Of a stretch of DNA of 64,000 nucleotides, positions 59,459 to 64,000 are shown in pieces (position 1 is the first letter of the stretch; each line of letters opens with the position of its first letter). The notes below the pieces were generated by a model. The model did not search any database. It had not been told where the DNA came from and saw only the letters and a program-made list of their open reading frames with translations. The translations under genes and the position numbers were made by a program. The stretch lies in the sequence record LC680885.1; one strand, 5' to 3'.

Positions 59459-60013
59459 ATGGCAACTAAAATAGATTTTAATAATGAAGACGATTATAAT
59501 GATGTATTAAATATAAATGATTGGAATAGACTATGTATGGACTTCTGTATTAGATCTGCTAGTATTAGTAAATGTGCTGCTAAACAAGTCAGCTCAATTG
59601 TAGCTGATAAAGATTCTATATTTTCTCTTGGAGTAAATGGTTCTTTTCCGGGTAAACTAAATTGTAATGAAATATTTAAAAAAGAAGATGGAATTTGGTA
59701 TGTAAAAGATCTTAATGAAGAAACTAATTTAATTGAATGGGTTAAATGTGAAGATCAAGAACAACATCATAAATGGTCTTTATTAAATGAAGTTCATGCT
59801 GAAATAAATGCTTTATCTAAAATGAATAAAAAAGGTATTTCTACTGAAGGGTTAGACTTATATTGTACTCACTCACCATGTTATAATTGTGCTAAAAGTA
59901 TAATTGCTGCTGGAATTAAAAATGTCTATTTTAATGAATTATATGATGGTTATGAAGATGTTATGGAATTATTAGTTTCAAATAATGTTAACTTCATTAA
60001 AGTGGAGGTCTAG
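59459..60013 (+). CDS. dCMP deaminase
   Basis: HAEINAL and SPCYNC zinc-binding motifs; GVNG. Confidence 0.92.
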   Translation: MATKIDFNNEDDYNDVLNINDWNRLCMDFCIRSASISKCAAKQVSSIVADKDSIFSLGVNGSFPGKLNCNEIFKKEDGIWYVKDLNEETNLIEWVKCEDQEQHHKWSLLNEVHAEINALSKMNKKGISTEGLDLYCTHSPCYNCAKSIIAAGIKNVYFNELYDGYEDVMELLVSNNVNFIKVEV

Positions 60014-60017
60014 AATT

Positions 60018-60197
60018 ATGTCTTGGTTACCTCTATCAATATTTATATTTATAGGAATATTACTTATTTTATCAACAAATGAAACAAAAAGAATGGTAAG
60101 AACTGAAAAATTGAAAGAAGAAAAAGATTATTTAAAAAGACAAAGATTTAACAATTTAAGGAACAGTCAAAGAAAGCGAGGAAAAAATAGATGTTAG
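60018..60197 (+). CDS. Small membrane protein
   Basis: SD GGAGG at 60004 favours ATG 60018; N-terminal hydrophobic segment followed by a basic tail. Confidence 0.7.
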   Translation: MSWLPLSIFIFIGILLILSTNETKRMVRTEKLKEEKDYLKRQRFNNLRNSQRKRGKNRC

Positions 60198-60682
60198 ATA
60201 ATGTAATTATACTTAGTGTTTTATCTATAGCATTCTTTTTAACTACTTTAACATTTATATTTTTAACAATTCATTTTAGAAAAGAATTAGTTAAAAATAT
60301 TAAAATGAATAAAAATTATAGAGATAAAATAGCTATTTTAGAAAAGCAAACAACTGGAAAAGATGTATTAGATTCATTAAATTCTATGATCGATGAGTTT
60401 TTAAAACCTACTTATGATTTAACTATAGAAGAAACATACATGGATTTAAAATTAGACAATCCTCTAGTTTCAACTAGAAATATAACTATATCTGAACAAA
60501 GAAAAAATGTTATACTTGAAGATGTATTTGAGAAATTCATGAATTATTTATCCGATGATTTTAAAAATAAATTATCTTTGATATATAAGGAAGATGAAAT
60601 AGAGAATATTGTACTAGATATAATGTACTATAAATTAACTGTATATATAAAAGAACGTAATGAGTTACAAAAAAATTCTTAA
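60191..60682 (+). CDS. Single-pass membrane protein
   Basis: VIILSVLSIAFFLTTLTFIFLTI transmembrane segment, then coiled coil. Confidence 0.8.
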   Translation: MLDNVIILSVLSIAFFLTTLTFIFLTIHFRKELVKNIKMNKNYRDKIAILEKQTTGKDVLDSLNSMIDEFLKPTYDLTIEETYMDLKLDNPLVSTRNITISEQRKNVILEDVFEKFMNYLSDDFKNKLSLIYKEDEIENIVLDIMYYKLTVYIKERNELQKNS

Positions 60683-60688
60683 AAATAT

Positions 60689-60718
60689 CCCCTAACCTTA
60701 AATTAATAAGGTTAGGGG
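60689..60718. terminator. Bidirectional terminator; reverse-complement copy of the 28-bp element
   Basis: CCCTAACCTTAAATTAATAAGGTTAGGG. Confidence 0.8.
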
Positions 60719-60736
60719 TTTATATTATTTTTTTTT

Positions 60737-61504
60737 TTATAATAAAACATTTATTAAATCTGTTAAAAATCTCAATTGATTTTTATAAGATAAATCTTCA
60801 ATTCTTACTTCTTCATCAATATCATCTTCAATATACATTTCCAATGTATCCATTTCAATGATATATTTATTTTCAATTATATCTTTATAATAACCAGAAG
60901 TTAAATTATAATTAATCATATTATCTTTAAATAATAAAAGTTTCTTATACAAATCCATTTTATCTTTCTTTTTATCTTCCCAAAGACACTCTATTAAAAA
61001 TTTAAACATGTAATCCATATGATGTTCCTTAACGCCATTTTGATAACCTTTTACATCTATTTTATTTTGATATAAGTTTATATAGTGTTCTTTACCTAAT
61101 ACATTTATATAATTATCATACTCTTCACTTTCAGCAAATCTAACATGTTTTGATATCTTTAAATTATTACATTTCTTACCAATAACAAATATAGCATCTT
61201 TTTTAATACTTAAAATATCACTATCTTTAAGATTATTATTCTCTATAAAGATTTTTCTAGCTATCTTAAAACCATTCATTAAAACTTCATTCATTTTTTT
61301 ATTACTTCTCAACATTTTACCAATAATAACATTTCTTTCATATTTCTGAGTATTTCTTAATTTATTATATTGTTCTTCATTAAGATAACCTGAATCATAT
61401 AATATATTCATACCAGCTGATTTAATATCATATTCAGTAATTACAGTATCTTTAATATATCTTACGTCTGATGTGTAATTAGTTTTCATGTATAAATTAG
61501 ACAC
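60737..61504 (-). CDS. Divergent stand-alone PolB-palm-like protein
   Basis: ITEYDIKSAG (motif A-like) and ILSIKKDAIFV (motif C-like). Confidence 0.5.
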   Translation of the reverse strand: MSNLYMKTNYTSDVRYIKDTVITEYDIKSAGMNILYDSGYLNEEQYNKLRNTQKYERNVIIGKMLRSNKKMNEVLMNGFKIARKIFIENNNLKDSDILSIKKDAIFVIGKKCNNLKISKHVRFAESEEYDNYINVLGKEHYINLYQNKIDVKGYQNGVKEHHMDYMFKFLIECLWEDKKKDKMDLYKKLLLFKDNMINYNLTSGYYKDIIENKYIIEMDTLEMYIEDDIDEEVRIEDLSYKNQLRFLTDLINVLL

Positions 61505-61575
61505 TGCAATTACCTCCTCTATAATATTTTAATAAACCAATTACTATTTAAAAATACATTAGCTAAGCAATTCAT

Positions 61576-61710
61576 TTATAATCCTCCTATATAATCATCG
61601 CCAGCCTCTTTACTAATTTCATATTCTCTCTCAATATCTTCTTCTGATTTACCTTGTAATCCTTCTGCAACTTCACCATATTCATCAAGTAAAAAATCTA
61701 AAAATCCCAT
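61576..61710 (-). CDS. Small acidic hypothetical protein (44 aa, not in the ORF track)
   Basis: SD GAGGAGG; MGFLDFLLDEYGEVAEGLQGKSEEDIEREYEISKEAGDDYIGGL*. Confidence 0.65.
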   Translation of the reverse strand: MGFLDFLLDEYGEVAEGLQGKSEEDIEREYEISKEAGDDYIGGL

Positions 61711-61754
61711 TATAAAACCTCCTCAAAATTGTAATCTAATTATCTTCGTAAATT

Positions 61755-62315
61755 TTAATTCTTAACAAAGTTATGTTTCATCAATGTCTTAATAAATTCT
61801 TTATTAGTTAACCAATCTCCAGTATTATTAACTACTTCAAGATCAGTTACTTCATCTAAATCTTTCTTTTCTTTCTCTAAATCTTCTTTATTTCTTCCTT
61901 CACGTTTAACTTGATTCTTTTCATTAACTACTTGAATAGTAATGATGTCAGAATCTTCACCATATTTCTCTTTAATATCTCTTACAGAAGCATCTCTGCC
62001 TTCTCTATTTACAATAATAATATTTACATTATAAATACCATTTTGTGGATATTCTAAACTTTGATCAATTGTACCGTAATAATTTTCATAGAAATTAGTC
62101 TTAGCTATTAAATTACCTTTCATATCATCATATTCTTCTTTATTTAAGAATACATAATCTACGCCATTTTTCTCATCTTCTCTTTGCTTTCTAGTAGTTA
62201 CTTGATCTAATTTTTTAAAGAATAAATGAGGATAATCTTTTTGATCTGATAAATTATTTGCCAATACAGTCTTTCCTGAACCTGATACACCACATAATAA
62301 GATAAACTTTTTCAT
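61755..62315 (-). CDS. gmk: Guanylate kinase-like nucleotide kinase
   Basis: GVSGSGKT P-loop; TTRKQREDEKNGVDYVF. Confidence 0.85.
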   Translation of the reverse strand: MKKFILLCGVSGSGKTVLANNLSDQKDYPHLFFKKLDQVTTRKQREDEKNGVDYVFLNKEEYDDMKGNLIAKTNFYENYYGTIDQSLEYPQNGIYNVNIIIVNREGRDASVRDIKEKYGEDSDIITIQVVNEKNQVKREGRNKEDLEKEKKDLDEVTDLEVVNNTGDWLTNKEFIKTLMKHNFVKN

Positions 62316-62391
62316 AACTAGAAACGACCTCCAAATTTTATTATCTAATATTATTTGGTTTTCTATATTTTTTAGAAAAATTCGTTATAAA

Positions 62392-63123
62392 TTATGATTT
62401 AATTCCATCAGATTCTCTTAATTTATCAATTAATTCTATAAATTCATTGTATTTCTTATCTACAATTTTAAGATAATTATATTGAGAATTAGAAGCAACT
62501 TCATCTTTTTTCTTTTCTTTTAATTCATCACGTTTTTGGTAGTGATTATTTTTACCTTTAATTTCTATTAATAAATTAAAATCAGGAAGATAAAAATCAG
62601 GCATGTAGAAATGTTTCTTATTAGCAAACGTATAAGGAATAGCTATATTAGAAGGAGATAATACATTATTAGATTTAAAATCCATTTGTTTATCTAAGAA
62701 TTCTAAGAAATCTTTTTCATAAGATCCAACATATTGAGTAGGTAAACCTTTACCAGAACTCCAATGATATTTACCTGAAATTCTTCTATTTTCTAACATT
62801 TTATTTTGCATTTCAGGGTCATTTAATAAAGTAGTCTTACCGTATTTTTTATTCATTCTATCTTTAAATTGTTGTCTATATTTATCTTTACATACTTTAT
62901 CATGTACACGTTCATACTTTTCAGTTTGTTCATTAAATTTAGTAGGTTTACCGCATATAATGCACGTACCATGTGTTTTCTTATTTCTGAAATTAAAATA
63001 TACATTAGCTGCAGATAATTCACCTAATTCTTTTTCATGAAATTTCTCCATATGATTATAAAGACCTTTTTTATCTACATATTTCTTTGTACAGAATGGA
63101 CATTTATGATATTTTGTAGCCAT
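62392..63123 (-). CDS. C2H2 zinc finger + PD-(D/E)xK endonuclease
   Basis: CPFC..HMEKFH, CIICG, and YMPDFYLPDFNLLIEIKG. Confidence 0.7.
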   Translation of the reverse strand: MATKYHKCPFCTKKYVDKKGLYNHMEKFHEKELGELSAANVYFNFRNKKTHGTCIICGKPTKFNEQTEKYERVHDKVCKDKYRQQFKDRMNKKYGKTTLLNDPEMQNKMLENRRISGKYHWSSGKGLPTQYVGSYEKDFLEFLDKQMDFKSNNVLSPSNIAIPYTFANKKHFYMPDFYLPDFNLLIEIKGKNNHYQKRDELKEKKKDEVASNSQYNYLKIVDKKYNEFIELIDKLRESDGIKS

Positions 63124-63163
63124 TATTAATTTTCACCGTTCTTTCATTATCATTATTTAAGTA

Positions 63164-63189
63164 TAAATGCTTGTTTCTATTGTTTTGTT
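63164..63189 (-). promoter_or_regulatory. Two tandem late promoter motifs
   Basis: AACAAGCATTTA (63164-63175) and AACAAAACAATA (63178-63189), both on the minus strand. Confidence 0.6.
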
Positions 63190-63302
63190 ATAAAAAATTA
63201 AGAACGCATTTATTTATAAATATAATATTATATAGTACATTAATTGAAAGTTGGTGATAGCTAATCGCTAATAAAAAGAAACATTTTAGAAATGAAATAT
63301 TC

Positions 63303-63704
63303 ATGGCTCAAAATATCTATAATCGTCAACATATGTTAGAAGATATGGAAGCTATGGGTCAAACAATCCAGAATTTAATTATAATGAAAAAAGGAACTTA
63401 TCCTAATACTCCAAATTTAGGAGTAGGAATAGAAGATTATTTATTTGAAATACTAGATAACGAAACTATATCTGATATTACTAGTAATATTAATAATCAG
63501 ATAAGTCAATATATAGTATCTTCTTCTGTTAATATAGATGTTAAAGTAATACAATTAAAAAATAGTAATGCAAATTTAAATAGTTTAAAAATTGACGTTA
63601 CATTATCAGATACAATTGATATTTCTAACGTACAAAGTTTTTCTTATGTGTTTGCGGCTAATATGTTAACTAGGAAAATGGTAACTAAACTTGTCTTAAG
63701 CTAA
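63303..63704 (+). CDS. Baseplate wedge subunit, gp25-like
   Basis: IQNLIIMKKGTYPNTPNLGVGIEDYLFE fits the GPW/gp25 signature. Confidence 0.7.
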   Translation: MAQNIYNRQHMLEDMEAMGQTIQNLIIMKKGTYPNTPNLGVGIEDYLFEILDNETISDITSNINNQISQYIVSSSVNIDVKVIQLKNSNANLNSLKIDVTLSDTIDISNVQSFSYVFAANMLTRKMVTKLVLS

Positions 63705-63746
63705 GACTTTAAAAATAATAAAAGAAAAGAATGGAGAAATAGATAA

Positions 63747-64000
63747 ATGGTAAAAAAAGCAGATAACAATGAACTTAATGATTTTATGTCTGAAGAAGAA
63801 TTAAATGAAGTTAGTCAAGGTTCTTCTAATAATGATGAGAAACAAGAACAGAAACAAAGTACTCAAAAACAACAACATAATAAAAATAATCAAGGTAATA
63901 AAAAGAAAAATAACAATCGCAGAAGAAATAATAATAAACATAATCAACAAGATAAGAAACAAAATCAAAATAGCAAATCAGCAATTCCAACTCAAAGAAA
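63747..64000 (+). CDS. Hypothetical protein with Q/N/K-rich N-terminus (3'-truncated)
   Basis: SD GGAG; open to the window edge. Confidence 0.7.
   Translation, partial: MVKKADNNELNDFMSEEELNEVSQGSSNNDEKQEQKQSTQKQQHNKNNQGNKKKNNNRRRNNNKHNQQDKKQNQNSKSAIPTQR

Noticed and set aside
33088-60718. CCCTAA/TTAGGG matches the vertebrate telomere hexamer
   Set aside because: Single copies in hairpin arms, never tandem; coincidental.

Overview
This is a ~64 kb segment of a very AT-rich jumbo phage of the phiKZ/AR9 type. The host is most likely Staphylococcus: there are two tandem endolysins (CHAP and Amidase_2), each with a staphylococcal-type SH3b domain. Core genes include a split family-B DNA polymerase whose two halves lie ~19 kb apart, four subunits of the phage multisubunit RNA polymerases, an SbcC ATPase, portal, SF2 helicase, RNase H, dCMP deaminase, guanylate kinase-like protein, a gp25-like wedge protein, head/tail proteins, two Hef-like putative homing endonucleases and tRNA-Asn. 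Two promoter classes are readable directly: an early AAAT(A/T)TATATTAT motif, usually followed by a 5' hairpin, and a late AAC(A)-N6-TA motif. The most striking unexplained structures are these. (1) A family of about 15-16 mostly early genes (0.8-19 kb) with unrelated-looking cores that share a ~20-aa C-terminal motif (F-x-E-I-T-D-E-K-E-I-K-K-Y-L-V-K-x-x-F-K/R) and a weaker N-terminal motif; three gene ends are near-identical at the DNA level. (2) A non-coding locus (52.96-53.71 kb) with tRNA-Asn, a non-canonical tRNA-like element and about nine tandem hairpins, flanked by two paralogous endonucleases. All protein calls rest on motif recognition by eye; no database search was run.
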